The translations under genes and the position numbers were made by a program. Below the pieces are notes generated by a model. The model worked only from the letters and a program-made list of their open reading frames with translations. It searched no databases and was not told the origin of the DNA. Shown here piece after piece: positions 37,416 through 47,765 of a stretch of DNA of 64,000 nucleotides (its first letter is position 1; each line of letters opens with the position of its first letter). The stretch spans positions 1,184,001-1,248,000 of the forward strand of contig CBDEUS010000001.1 in NCBI GenBank assembly GCA_965243395.1, in the 5' to 3' direction. The DNA is from Gammaproteobacteria bacterium (GTDB taxonomy: Bacteria > Pseudomonadota > Gammaproteobacteria > UBA4575).

Positions 37416-38156
37416 TTATACAATATAAAAACTCGAAGCTAGCATTCCTAATACTAGCGACCACCCATCAACCAGTACAAATAACATTAGTTTAAATGGT
37501 AACGAGATAATTAAAGGCGATAACATCATCATACCCATCGACATTAATACGCTGGCAACGACTAAATCGATAATCAAAAAAGGAATAAACAAAATAAATC
37601 CTATTTGAAAAGCTGTCTTTAACTCACTTGTAATAAACGCAGGTAATAAAACTGACATTGATATATCTTCAGGTTTTTCAATTTCTGCCCCACCAGAAAG
37701 CTCCACAAATAGAGAAACATCATTCTCTCGCGTTTGTGCAATCATAAATTTCTTTATTGGATCTATAGCATTGTGAACTGCCGTCTGTGCATCGATATCC
37801 TCAGAAATATATGGTTGGAGTGAGTTCGTATAGACCTCGGTTAAGACAGGAGTCATAACAAAAAATGTTATAAATAATGCCAATCCGAGCAATATTTGAT
37901 TAGATGGTGTTTGAGCTGTTCCTAATGCTTGTCTCAATATTGCTAAAACAATGATAATGCGTGTAAACGAGGTCATAGTGAGTAGCAGACCTGGTAACAA
38001 CGTGATAACTGTCATCAATACCAGCACTTGTAAACTCAACGAGTATGATTTACCCCCACTATCAGTAGACTCTATTGTTAATGCGGGTAACCCAGATTCA
38101 GCGAACACATCTGGCGCAATCATGAAAATAAAAGCTATTAAAATGTATTTAAGCAT
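37416..38156 (-). CDS. fliP: Flagellar export protein
   Basis: [41 protein letters not shown]. Confidence 0.97.
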   Translation of the reverse strand: MLKYILIAFIFMIAPDVFAESGLPALTIESTDSGGKSYSLSLQVLVLMTVITLLPGLLLTMTSFTRIIIVLAILRQALGTAQTPSNQILLGLALFITFFVMTPVLTEVYTNSLQPYISEDIDAQTAVHNAIDPIKKFMIAQTRENDVSLFVELSGGAEIEKPEDISMSVLLPAFITSELKTAFQIGFILFIPFLIIDLVVASVLMSMGMMMLSPLIISLPFKLMLFVLVDGWSLVLGMLASSFYIV

Positions 38157-38607
38157 TTCGATGTTTGCCTACTATATTCATTAATACATTTGCAAAGTCA
38201 TTCGATTTAATATTTTTTTCAGAGGTTATTTTATGAATGTAATCATTATCCAAAACGTGTAACTTCCTTATTCCTGTGTTGGATACCCCCAATAACAAAT
38301 ACTCCTTCCCTATTTTGGCAATAAGTAATTTATCTCTTGAGTTAATAGCATAGTTATAGACAATATCGATAAGACCCGTGTTGTCTGGGTTGCTTAAATT
38401 CGATTTCTTTACTAAAAACAAACCAACAACGACTAGTATTATTAAAAATAATACTGCGTAGATAATTTGTTCATAATCAATTACGGGCTTCCCGAAACTA
38501 TCAGCAAACTGCTCACCGGAGAGCTCTTGTGAATAGGAATTTGTTGTTATTAAGAGCAATATAATCAGATGTAAACCTGATATTGCTATCTTTGAATATC
38601 TATTCAT
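38149..38607 (-). CDS. fliO: Flagellar biogenesis protein
   Basis: TM segment plus [19 protein letters not shown]; lies between fliN and fliP. Confidence 0.85.
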   Translation of the reverse strand: MNRYSKIAISGLHLIILLLITTNSYSQELSGEQFADSFGKPVIDYEQIIYAVLFLIILVVVGLFLVKKSNLSNPDNTGLIDIVYNYAINSRDKLLIAKIGKEYLLLGVSNTGIRKLHVLDNDYIHKITSEKNIKSNDFANVLMNIVGKHRNA

Positions 38608-38964
38608 TTAATTTGGCTTATTCTTTAGCTTCTCAACACGCTTCTCTGGACTTACAATGCTTGTTACACGCGCACCAAATTTATTATCAACTACGACTAC
38701 TTCTGCTTTCGCAACAAGTTTCCCATTCACTAATACATCTACTGGTTCATCAACTAATCGATTTAGCTCAATAACGGATCCTTGGCTCAATTCAATCAAG
38801 CTTTCTAAATCTACTGTTGCACGCCCAAGTTCGAGCGAAACATCTACAGGAATGTTTAAGACAACATCCAAATTATTTACGCCAGGCAACGCTTTTGCGG
38901 GCACATCATTGGATTGTCCTGCTTGTGCAGCATCGGTCTGTTCGTTTATTTGCTCATCACTCAT
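38608..38964 (-). CDS. fliN: C-ring protein
   Basis: LDVVLNIPVDVSLELG, GSVIEL, EVVVVDNKFGARV. Confidence 0.95.
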   Translation of the reverse strand: MSDEQINEQTDAAQAGQSNDVPAKALPGVNNLDVVLNIPVDVSLELGRATVDLESLIELSQGSVIELNRLVDEPVDVLVNGKLVAKAEVVVVDNKFGARVTSIVSPEKRVEKLKNKPN

Positions 38965-38983
38965 ATTTCTACCTTAATAAAAT

Positions 38984-40102
38984 TTAGCTTTTATTGTTTT
39001 TAATCCATGAATTAATACTTACTGCAACAGAATCATTAACTGATCCTATCTTGCCAGTGAAAATTGGGGTTGTGCTTGAGTACACGGTGACTGAATCAGG
39101 CATAGAAAATGGAATTACGTCACCTGTCTTAAGCTTAATAACTTCATCGACTGTGAGATTAAATTCTGTGAGAACAGTATTTAATTCAATAGGTGCTGCT
39201 TTGACACTGTTAAAAAGCTGCTTTTTCCATTGCATATCAGCTTCACTATCTTGTGCAGGAACCATACTTCTTAGGCTATGCTTTATTGGCTCCAGTGCTT
39301 TATATGGATACGCTATCCTTATATAACTAGCTTCTTCATTTAAGGAAATTTTAAACTGAGATATGACAACAAGATCAGATTCATCTATCAAATTTATAAG
39401 TTTCGGTTGCAATTCTCTCTGTACAAATTGAAACTCTAGTGGTTCTGTTTTCTCCCACGCATTTTTATTCGCTTGCAGGAAAATTTCTAACATTTTATTG
39501 CTTAAATTTATTTCTGTTCCTGTAAATGTCTGTTTCTCATTTATATCGCCTAACTTTCCTTCGCCTCCAAAATATGAATCCATAATGATTTCAATAAGTG
39601 CGCCATCTATACAAACTAATGCCTGTGCATCAATTTTGCTAACATTAATAATGGTTGTATCTGTAAGAGTTGGTAACGAATAAATAAAATCACTATATCG
39701 ATTTATTTCGATATCATTTACTGTTACCTCTATTTCTCTTTGTAATAGGTTCGTAAAATCTTCGCTAATAATTTCAATTATCTTTTCATTGATAATCGCT
39801 AAAGCTGGAAGACTAGACTTATTTATATGCGCAGGCGAATAAAAGTCATAAGTCATTACACCGGCTTCATCCGTTAATTCTTCAACATCACCTGATAATG
39901 CTTCGCGTTCTTCAGGACTCAGTACTTCATCATCATTCTTTTCTGTATCACTCCAAGGGCGATCTTTTGAGCGTCGCTCCTCCCCATCCCACTCACCATC
40001 ACTATTTTTTGCATGCTCTTTTTTTGTTTCGTTAGAATCATCAGTCTTAAGGTCTTTTTCACCTTCTGGCTCTTGATTAGCTTGTTCTTCGGCAGTACTC
40101 AT
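38984..40102 (-). CDS. fliM: C-ring switch protein with atypical N-terminal extension
   Basis: YDF, FliG-binding YFGGEG, PY..LEPI, C-terminal SPOA (LKTGDVIP); about 58 extra N-terminal residues. Confidence 0.92.
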   Translation of the reverse strand: MSTAEEQANQEPEGEKDLKTDDSNETKKEHAKNSDGEWDGEERRSKDRPWSDTEKNDDEVLSPEEREALSGDVEELTDEAGVMTYDFYSPAHINKSSLPALAIINEKIIEIISEDFTNLLQREIEVTVNDIEINRYSDFIYSLPTLTDTTIINVSKIDAQALVCIDGALIEIIMDSYFGGEGKLGDINEKQTFTGTEINLSNKMLEIFLQANKNAWEKTEPLEFQFVQRELQPKLINLIDESDLVVISQFKISLNEEASYIRIAYPYKALEPIKHSLRSMVPAQDSEADMQWKKQLFNSVKAAPIELNTVLTEFNLTVDEVIKLKTGDVIPFSMPDSVTVYSSTTPIFTGKIGSVNDSVAVSINSWIKNNKS

Positions 40103-40126
40103 GATGATTTTTTAGGATATTTACTT

Positions 40127-40588
40127 TTATTGCATTACAAGCTTAGTAAAATAAATATCTTCTACTAAATTCTCCCCGTAAATATCCTGCATTACTGACT
40201 GAGCAGTCATAAGTGCATCTTTTCGCAATTTCTCTTTTGACTCCATCGTAGACAACTCATCACTATTTCTTCCAGACATAAGCATAAGTAAGTTATTACG
40301 CACAACTGGCATATGCATTTTGAATTGATCTCTTGCTTGCATGTCATAGAATTTTGCGACCATGTAGACCTGCATAAATTTTTTCTTTGAGTCATCATTG
40401 AAATTCACAGTGAATGCTGGGTGCAAATCTTCATAAATGGCTTCTTTAACCTCTTGTTCCATTTCTTCTTCTGCAATCATCTCTTCACCATCAGGTGTTT
40501 CCGGTGACTTCAGAAAAAACATTGCACCACCAATACCTGCACCTACTAATACAATTCCCGCAACCGCAAAAATAATAATTTTTTTCAT
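40127..40588 (-). CDS. fliL: Basal body-associated protein
   Basis: N-terminal TM segment, PAFTVN, HMPVVRN, KEKLR, YFTKLVMQ. Confidence 0.93.
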   Translation of the reverse strand: MKKIIIFAVAGIVLVGAGIGGAMFFLKSPETPDGEEMIAEEEMEQEVKEAIYEDLHPAFTVNFNDDSKKKFMQVYMVAKFYDMQARDQFKMHMPVVRNNLLMLMSGRNSDELSTMESKEKLRKDALMTAQSVMQDIYGENLVEDIYFTKLVMQ

Positions 40589-40631
40589 TTGTAAACCTTC
40601 ATATCAGAAACGTTTATTCACATTTAACTTT

Positions 40632-40648
40632 TGCAACCAACGTGCCAA
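40632..40648 (-). promoter_or_regulatory. sigma54 promoter of the fliL operon
   Basis: TTGGCACG-TTGG-TTGCA, the consensus -24/-12 element. Confidence 0.92.
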
Positions 40649-40707
40649 CTTTTCATAGTCATTTAAGACTATAAATTTCAAGCACTTATATGGAGTGTTA
40701 TTAAAAA

Positions 40708-40721
40708 GCCAATAAATTGAC
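40708..40721. promoter_or_regulatory. FleQ-type binding box upstream of the fliL promoter
   Basis: GCCAATAAATTGAC, one mismatch from the Pseudomonas FleQ box GTCAATAAATTGAC; further half-sites at 40732-40764. Confidence 0.7.
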
Positions 40722-40793
40722 TAAAAGAATTGGAAACTATTTTGACTAGCGTCAAAGATTTGTACTTATTTGATTACAAACGATGTGAAACCC

Positions 40794-42221
40794 TCAGGCA
40801 TATGCATCAAGCAAATATAATGACGAAGGAATATCAGATGCTTTACCCCACCCGACAATATCTTCTTCCTGTGCCGTGAAACTAGAATTCTCACTAATAG
40901 GACTTTCCGTATTATCACTCAAGTCAGAAAACTGGGAGCTTTGATCCGTTTGACTTGAGAAATGTGTCTCAACATTTACTTCTTTTAGATTTATACCGCT
41001 TTCATGAAAATGATTACGTAAATTAGAAACACTGGTCTCAATAAGCTCTTTTGTAATGTTGCTGCTTGCTAAAAAGTTGATTTTTAGATTTGAATCTTCA
41101 AGGCTTAGCGCAATATTCACTTGCCCCAACGATTCTGGATAGACGTTAATTTTTGCATTCTGTGTATTATTATTAATTAACCATTTAATATTTTGTGTGA
41201 TGGATTGATCCACACTTTTCTGCACCTGCTCTAAACCTAATCCTTGTTTAATTTGCAATGGTATAGGTGCCTCAATGCTTTTATTACTCAACCCTAAAGT
41301 GTTCAGATGATTATAGGTATCAACACCGGTATTAGCATTTACGTTTTGTGCTACCGGATCAGATTTTATGGCGCTGATGTTTTGCTGAAATACTTCTGTA
41401 TTTATAGCAAAATTTTTCGTAATTTTTCTGTTTATATTATCTTCCGAAAATAATGTGGTTACAAAATCATTTAACTTATCTATTTTATTTTCTTTTACAC
41501 CAAGCTTTTGATCAGTTGTATAAATCACAGGTTCTTCAGATTCAACTTGAAAACTGTTAGCAAGACTATTAAGTTTTTCAATGCCCTTGGACTGTTCATC
41601 AATTATTGTATTTAGTTGAGAATTAACTAGATTGGCTATTGAACTTAAGTTATCAACTTGTGCGGGTTTTGCAGAGATATTATTTGTTTGTATAGCTGGA
41701 TTTGAGGGATTTAATTCGCTATCAAGTAGTTTTGCTATAAGTTCGTTTGCATTTAAAGATGTTTGGGGAATTACATTCTGGATCGATTGAATAATATCTG
41801 ATAAATCTCTTTGGTTCAGAATTGCCTGTAGTTGGCTTTCTGTCACAGGCAGATGTTCGAGCTGTAGTCCAAGATTGGCTAAATTTGAGCTAGGTCTTGT
41901 GTTAATGGCTTCATCAATAGATTCCGTTATGATATCTGTCTCAATATCACCGGTTTGAAGCTCATTTGCTAATGATTGTAATTTTAATCTATAGTCATTG
42001 AATAAATGCGGCAATGTTACCTGCGGCAAACTATTGCCATCATCAGGCAATACTTGCCCGCTATTGGAATCAATACTCTGCTTGAGTGAGTTATGCAAAA
42101 ACTCACCAAAATTGCCGTTTACACCTTGATTTGAACCAAAAGTTTCAGGATGAATACAGTTTTCACATAAACCAGGGGTAATTTGCAAATTACTATTCAA
42201 TAATATTTGTGTTTCTGCCAT
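40794..42221 (-). CDS. fliK: Hook-length control protein
   Basis: Low-complexity N-terminus, T3S4 domain AKINVYPESLGQVNI..F..SGINL, ends LLDAYA; lies between fliJ and fliL. Confidence 0.9.
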   Translation of the reverse strand: MAETQILLNSNLQITPGLCENCIHPETFGSNQGVNGNFGEFLHNSLKQSIDSNSGQVLPDDGNSLPQVTLPHLFNDYRLKLQSLANELQTGDIETDIITESIDEAINTRPSSNLANLGLQLEHLPVTESQLQAILNQRDLSDIIQSIQNVIPQTSLNANELIAKLLDSELNPSNPAIQTNNISAKPAQVDNLSSIANLVNSQLNTIIDEQSKGIEKLNSLANSFQVESEEPVIYTTDQKLGVKENKIDKLNDFVTTLFSEDNINRKITKNFAINTEVFQQNISAIKSDPVAQNVNANTGVDTYNHLNTLGLSNKSIEAPIPLQIKQGLGLEQVQKSVDQSITQNIKWLINNNTQNAKINVYPESLGQVNIALSLEDSNLKINFLASSNITKELIETSVSNLRNHFHESGINLKEVNVETHFSSQTDQSSQFSDLSDNTESPISENSSFTAQEEDIVGWGKASDIPSSLYLLDAYA

Positions 42222-42248
42222 ATCTAAACAATTCCTTGCATTAGATAC

Positions 42249-42265
42249 TGCATTATTCGGGCCAA
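42249..42265 (-). promoter_or_regulatory. sigma54 promoter of fliK
   Basis: TTGGCCCGAATAATGCA (GG-N10-GC). Confidence 0.78.
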
Positions 42266-42309
42266 TTTAGGTGTAATTATTAATAATTATTCTATTTATT
42301 TTTATACAC

Positions 42310-42738
42310 TCATTTTTTTAACATCGTAAGAATCTGGCTATCTAATTCTTTTTGTTCATTACGCTCTTTTACTTCTAATTCCTGTTTATGATAGCGTTTA
42401 ACAAGTGCTCCAAGGGCACTATTTTGAGCACGATCTTTTTGCAATAATGAAATCTGCTGGTTAACTTTATAATCTAGTTCTTGCACCACCTTTTCCTGAA
42501 TATCGATCGCTTCTTCTAATTTGCTCATCAGCTTATGATGAATTTGTATTTCAGAAATTGTTTGGCTAGTTTTATTTTTTTGAATTAATTCATAATTAGC
42601 CTGATAATTTAATAAGCCTTGTAATTTTTGATCGTTCTCAATTTTATGATGCATAAGTTCTACTAAAGACGAGAATTGCTTATTTAACTTGAAATCTAAG
42701 ACCTCTAGCGCTGCATTAAGTTTTTCTGAACGTGTCAT
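42310..42738 (-). CDS. fliJ: Flagellar export protein
   Basis: 142-aa coiled coil after fliI; LEEAIDIQ, ERNEQKELD. Confidence 0.88.
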   Translation of the reverse strand: MTRSEKLNAALEVLDFKLNKQFSSLVELMHHKIENDQKLQGLLNYQANYELIQKNKTSQTISEIQIHHKLMSKLEEAIDIQEKVVQELDYKVNQQISLLQKDRAQNSALGALVKRYHKQELEVKERNEQKELDSQILTMLKK

Positions 42739-42750
42739 GGAAATATATTA

Positions 42751-44130
42751 CTAATTTTCTTGCGTATCGGGTTGTAAGGCTAAACCCATCTCTTGTACTG
42801 AGGACTGATAGTCAAAAGGTTGCAGCATGTCTTGTTTAAGGAAATTCATTAATTTTGGATAATATGTAATTGCTTGATCAATACTTGCATCTGTACCTAG
42901 TTGGTAAACACCTAAATTAATCATATCCTCATGTTTTTTATAGCGTCCATAAATCTCTCTAAACTGCTGTGCTAAATTAACTTGTTCTGTATCGCATACA
43001 GTATGAAATAATCTACTCACTGAAGTTTCAACATCAATAGCTGGAAAATGACCGGTCTCAGCTAGCGTCCTTGATAAGGTAATATGCCCATCTAAAATTG
43101 CGCGAGATGCGTCGGCAATAGGATCATTTTGGTCATCTCCTTCTACTAATACTGTATAAAATGCAGTGATCGAACCACCTAAAGTACTCGAATTACCTGC
43201 GCGTTCTACTAATGCTGGTAATCTGGTAAATACAGATGGCGGATAACCTTTTGTTGCAGGCGGTTCACCAATGGCAAGTGCAATCTCTCTATAAGACTGT
43301 GCTACACGAGTAAGTGAATCCATTAACAACAAAACTTGCTTGCCTTGATCGCGAAAATATTCAGCAATCGTAGTGGAATACTTTGCTGCATGAACTCTTT
43401 GTAAAGGTGAGCAATCGGCTGGTGCTGCAACTACTACGGTCTTTGTTAAGCCTTGTTCACCCAAAATCTGGTCAATGAATTCTTTTACCTCTCTACCACG
43501 CTCACCAATTAAACCAACAACAATGACATCTGCTGCAGTGAATTTTGTCATCATACCCAACAAAACACTTTTACCTACTCCACTGCCAGCAAATAAACCC
43601 ATGCGTTGGCCAGTACCTATACTCAATAAAGCATTTATGGCTTTCACACCTACATCTAGAGGTTTTTCAATAGGCATACGCTCAAATGGATTAATATTTT
43701 TACCTTCTAAGTCACGAAATTCTTTCGCTTGTACCGGACCTTTCTTATCTAATGGCTGTCCTGCTCCATCAATCACACGACCTAATAATTCCTGGCCTAC
43801 TGGTAATTTATGATTGTCTTTTGTTGGAATTACACGTGCTCCAGGAACAGCGCCCTGCATATTCTCAATAGGCATTAAATAACTTTTAGTCCCAGAAAAA
43901 CCGACTACCTCGGCTTCCATTTTCTGTTCGTTTGGAGAAACAATTAAACAACGACCGCCAATATTTACCTGACAACCTTGAGCTTCAATTGTCAAACCAA
44001 CTAAGCGTGTCAATCTTCCTTCAACTGTATAAGTATAAGGCGATAGTGACTGTCCTGATTGATTGATCGCATCAATCCAATGTTGTTTTCGTTTAGAAAA
44101 ATATGGTAACGAACGAAGTAATTCAGTCAT
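42751..44130 (-). CDS. fliI: Flagellar export ATPase
   Basis: FAGSGVGKS, GERGREVKEF, LLLMDSLTR, GEPPATKGYPPS. Confidence 0.98.
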   Translation of the reverse strand: MTELLRSLPYFSKRKQHWIDAINQSGQSLSPYTYTVEGRLTRLVGLTIEAQGCQVNIGGRCLIVSPNEQKMEAEVVGFSGTKSYLMPIENMQGAVPGARVIPTKDNHKLPVGQELLGRVIDGAGQPLDKKGPVQAKEFRDLEGKNINPFERMPIEKPLDVGVKAINALLSIGTGQRMGLFAGSGVGKSVLLGMMTKFTAADVIVVGLIGERGREVKEFIDQILGEQGLTKTVVVAAPADCSPLQRVHAAKYSTTIAEYFRDQGKQVLLLMDSLTRVAQSYREIALAIGEPPATKGYPPSVFTRLPALVERAGNSSTLGGSITAFYTVLVEGDDQNDPIADASRAILDGHITLSRTLAETGHFPAIDVETSVSRLFHTVCDTEQVNLAQQFREIYGRYKKHEDMINLGVYQLGTDASIDQAITYYPKLMNFLKQDMLQPFDYQSSVQEMGLALQPDTQEN

Positions 44131-44725
44131 CAGTACGATCTGTTGTGCGTTGACTGCCTAATAATTTCGCTGCAATTTGGGCTACTTGTGAATCGATAGT
44201 TGCATCAATAAGTGAATCATCAGTCGCTAGCTTACAACCTCCTCTTTGAATAGAAGGGTCTTCGATTAGTGAATAACTATGTTCAATATCGTCTTGATTA
44301 AAGACTTTTTGTACAACACTAATATCATTAGGATTCAAATGAATAATTAAACGACCCTTTTCTAATGGCAATAGTTTAATTGCTTCGCGCACTACAGAAA
44401 CAACTTGTTCTGAATTAATTTGAAGTTCTCTTCTAATAATTTGTTTGGATATAGAAACAGCTAGCTGTGTTATTGATTGGATAATATCTTCATCAATCAC
44501 TTTTAGTGCATGGTCAAAACTAGAGAATATTTCTTCAAAAGTTTGCTGATATTCATTTATAGTTTGTTGTGCCTGTTTAAGGCCATCTTCATAGCCATTT
44601 TTTAATTTTTCATCATAAGAATTTTGCGAGCCTGAAACTGATAAATCTCGATCCAGATAAGGTCCTTCCTTGTTTATTGAAAACGTGCTTAATGAAGCTG
44701 GCTGCCATGATTCTTGATTACCCAT
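44123..44725 (-). CDS. fliH: Flagellar assembly protein
   Basis: GYEDG repeat, KQIIRREL, IHLNPND, EDPSIQRGGC. Confidence 0.93.
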   Translation of the reverse strand: MGNQESWQPASLSTFSINKEGPYLDRDLSVSGSQNSYDEKLKNGYEDGLKQAQQTINEYQQTFEEIFSSFDHALKVIDEDIIQSITQLAVSISKQIIRRELQINSEQVVSVVREAIKLLPLEKGRLIIHLNPNDISVVQKVFNQDDIEHSYSLIEDPSIQRGGCKLATDDSLIDATIDSQVAQIAAKLLGSQRTTDRTDD

Positions 44726-44740
44726 AACTTTGTTTATACT

Positions 44741-45760
44741 CTAAAGAAAATCATCGCCTTTCCCGCCTAGCATAATAGTTCCTTCTTCGGCGAGTCTTAG
44801 TGCAACTTCTAATATTTCTTTCTGCGCATCTTCCACCTCAGCTAGACGCACAGGACCTGCTGTTTCAAGATCATCTTTGAGTAACTCAGCTGCACGTTTG
44901 GACATATTCTTAAATATTTTATTTGCAATTTCCGCACTAGCTCCTTTAAGTGCAACCACTAATTTATCCTGAGGCGCTTCTCTTAATATAGTTTGCATAC
45001 CTCGATCATCTACAGTGAGTAAATTATCAAATACAAACATTTTTCCTTTAATTTCTTCACATAGCTCTTTATCTATTCCGTTTAAAGCTTCTACAATATT
45101 ATTTTCAGTATCTTTATCGACATTATTTAAAATATCAGCTGCAGCTTTAATACCTCCAAGGTTTTTAATTTTGCTATCTGTTTCCTGAGAAAATCTATTT
45201 TCAATTAGAAGTTCGAGTTCTTTCAAAGCAGAAGAATTGACATCCCCTAATCTTGCAATTCTCATGACTACATTTGCTTTTTTTTCCTCATCTAATAGTT
45301 CTAAAATATTTCCTGCTTGTTCATCTTTTAAATGTACTAACAAGATAGCAATTAATTGTGGATGTTCGTCTTTAATCGCATCAGCTATAACAGAAGGATC
45401 TATCCACTTGAGCGTTTCGATTCCACTAGCATTTGGGCCTAGTTCTATTCTAGACATTATGCTATTGGCTTTTTGCGGTCCTATCGCCTGGAATAAAATT
45501 TTCTTGAGATAGTCTTGTGCGCCAATATCAAGTGGCGTGTGTTTAGTATTGACTTCACTAAAGTCATTTAAAACATCATAGATGTTATGTTGTGTAACAT
45601 CTTTTAACGCACTAATTGCGGTGCCAATAAGTTCAAGTTCTTCAGGATCCATGAACTTTAGTACTTTAGAAGCTTCCGTCTCTCCCAACACCATCATGAG
45701 AATGGCGGCACGTTGTGCACCATCTAATGGACTAGCTTGTACTGCTTCTTCACTCGCCAC
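44741..45760 (-). CDS. fliG: Rotor protein
   Basis: AAILM, EHPQ, GGIKAAADILN, MFVFDNL, NMSKRAA, GPVRLAEVE. Confidence 0.97.
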   Translation of the reverse strand: MASEEAVQASPLDGAQRAAILMMVLGETEASKVLKFMDPEELELIGTAISALKDVTQHNIYDVLNDFSEVNTKHTPLDIGAQDYLKKILFQAIGPQKANSIMSRIELGPNASGIETLKWIDPSVIADAIKDEHPQLIAILLVHLKDEQAGNILELLDEEKKANVVMRIARLGDVNSSALKELELLIENRFSQETDSKIKNLGGIKAAADILNNVDKDTENNIVEALNGIDKELCEEIKGKMFVFDNLLTVDDRGMQTILREAPQDKLVVALKGASAEIANKIFKNMSKRAAELLKDDLETAGPVRLAEVEDAQKEILEVALRLAEEGTIMLGGKGDDFL

Positions 45761-47396
45761 TTGGAGCTACCCAGCTTTTAACTATCTTGGCCACTTGCTT
45801 AGGGTCCTGTGATACGAGTTCTTTAGCCATAGCAAGTTGTTGTACATAATTTGGATAACTTCCTGCAGCGCTAGCAGGCAGGGCTGCTTGTCCAGAAGTA
45901 CCTTCTAATAATGGTTGTGATGCAGAACTTGTACTTGATGCCCCAGATTTGTGTTTACCCATTAAGGTTTTCATTGCGGGACGTACAAACATAAACAATA
46001 TGATCAATACAGATATTCCTGCAAACACTTGTTTGATAATGGCTAACAACCATGGTTGTTTCCAAATAGGAGTTGCTTCGGGCTCTTCTAAAACTTCTTC
46101 TGGAAGGAAACTACTATTGTATACAGTGATACTATCACCACGTTCTTCATTAAATCCTATTGCACCACCCACAATACCTCGAATTAAATCAAAATCCTCT
46201 TCGGCAAGTGGCGTTTTAACTGTTTCACCTGCTTCGTTAACAACTTCTTTATCATCTACAACAATTGCCACTGATATTCGATTTATTAAGCTTTTCGCTT
46301 CCTGTGTATAGCGCATGGTCTTATCTAATTCGTAATTTCTGGTGGTATTTTGCGAAGTTGACACCGGTGTTGAATTAGAAGAAGCACTTTCGTCACCTTC
46401 TTGCGTATCATCTTGCTGAACGGTGCCAGCTGCGGGAGGTTGATTAGTTAATGCACCAGGGATGCCTATTGCAGCAGTAGAACTTCCTTGGTTACGTTGA
46501 TCAGAAATTTGTTCGCTACGAACCTGACTCTCTCCGGGATCATATAGTTCTTCTGCACTCTCGCTTTTTGTAAATTCTATATCGGCATTCACTTGTGCTT
46601 TGATTTTATTACGCCCATAAATAGGCGAAAGTAATTCTTCTATACGGCTTGCATAAGTTTGTTCTACAGATTTTTTATAGGCTAACTGCTTATTAGATTG
46701 TGCAATTACATCATCGTCATTCGTAGAACTAAGTAGTTGTCCCCATTGGTCTACAATCGTTACGCTGGAAGCCTCTAAATAAGGAACGCTTGATGCTACT
46801 AGATGAGTAATAGATGCGACTTGTCCTGATTCCAGTACTCTTCCAGGCATCAACTTAATCATGACGGAAGCAGAAGTCAGCCCCCGGTTTCTCACGAAGA
46901 CTGATTGTTTCGGAGTTGCGATATGCACTCTAGCATTTTCAATATTTCTCATACCTGCAATGGTACGACTCAGCTCTGTTTCTAGAGCATGTTGGTATCG
47001 TGCAGTTTCCATGAATTGGCTGGTACCTAAAGCTGGCTTATCTTTTAGCACTTCATAACCTGTTCCATTGGATTGAGGTAATCCTTCTGAAGCAAGCAGA
47101 ATTTTTGCTTCGCCGATTTTATCATTTGCTACCAATATCATTCCCGACGAAGAATCAATTCGAAACGGAATGTTAGATGTACGCAAAACATCAGCCACCA
47201 TACTTACATCGGATTGTGTTAAGTTTGAATACACAGGGGTGTACTCTGGTTTTATAGACCAAAGCGTCACGCCCACGCCAAGTGCTAACACTGCCGCTAA
47301 ACTAAAAATTAATCCTAAATGTGAAAATAGTGAACGTAGAAACTCGCCAAAATTAAATGAATTAGGAACTTGATTCGCCTCTAATGTAGCATCCAT
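45750..47396 (-). CDS. fliF: MS-ring protein
   Basis: GTSQFME, ALETELSRTI, ARVHIA, ASVM, GIPGALTNQPP, TRNYELDK. Confidence 0.97.
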   Translation of the reverse strand: MDATLEANQVPNSFNFGEFLRSLFSHLGLIFSLAAVLALGVGVTLWSIKPEYTPVYSNLTQSDVSMVADVLRTSNIPFRIDSSSGMILVANDKIGEAKILLASEGLPQSNGTGYEVLKDKPALGTSQFMETARYQHALETELSRTIAGMRNIENARVHIATPKQSVFVRNRGLTSASVMIKLMPGRVLESGQVASITHLVASSVPYLEASSVTIVDQWGQLLSSTNDDDVIAQSNKQLAYKKSVEQTYASRIEELLSPIYGRNKIKAQVNADIEFTKSESAEELYDPGESQVRSEQISDQRNQGSSTAAIGIPGALTNQPPAAGTVQQDDTQEGDESASSNSTPVSTSQNTTRNYELDKTMRYTQEAKSLINRISVAIVVDDKEVVNEAGETVKTPLAEEDFDLIRGIVGGAIGFNEERGDSITVYNSSFLPEEVLEEPEATPIWKQPWLLAIIKQVFAGISVLIILFMFVRPAMKTLMGKHKSGASSTSSASQPLLEGTSGQAALPASAAGSYPNYVQQLAMAKELVSQDPKQVAKIVKSWVAPSGE

Positions 47397-47424
47397 ATAA
47401 ACTTATTCTCTTTTTTAAATAAAA

Positions 47425-47751
47425 TTAAACCGGCATACGCATTACTTCTTGGTACGCATTTACTAACTGATTGCGCACCTGTTTAACTGCCTCAAATGAA
47501 ACTCGTGCCTTTTGCATTTCAATCATAACTCTGGATAATTCAACACTGGAATCGCCGCGTTCAAACCGATCTCTTAATTCACCTGCGTGCATTTGTTGAT
47601 CATTTACATTATCAATTGAGTTTTTTAATAAAGAAGAAAATTTTTCACTTTCATTATCGTTTTGATTGATATTTATATTCGGTTCTAGCTGACTTGAAAT
47701 ACTTCTAATCTGTGAAAGCAATTCATTTATTTTTATATCGCTCATAGTCAC
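47425..47751 (-). CDS. fliE: Hook-basal body protein
   Basis: VMIEMQKARVSF..VRNQLV.AYQEVMRMPV. Confidence 0.96.
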   Translation of the reverse strand: MTMSDIKINELLSQIRSISSQLEPNININQNDNESEKFSSLLKNSIDNVNDQQMHAGELRDRFERGDSSVELSRVMIEMQKARVSFEAVKQVRNQLVNAYQEVMRMPV

Positions 47752-47765
47752 ATCCTTATTTATTT

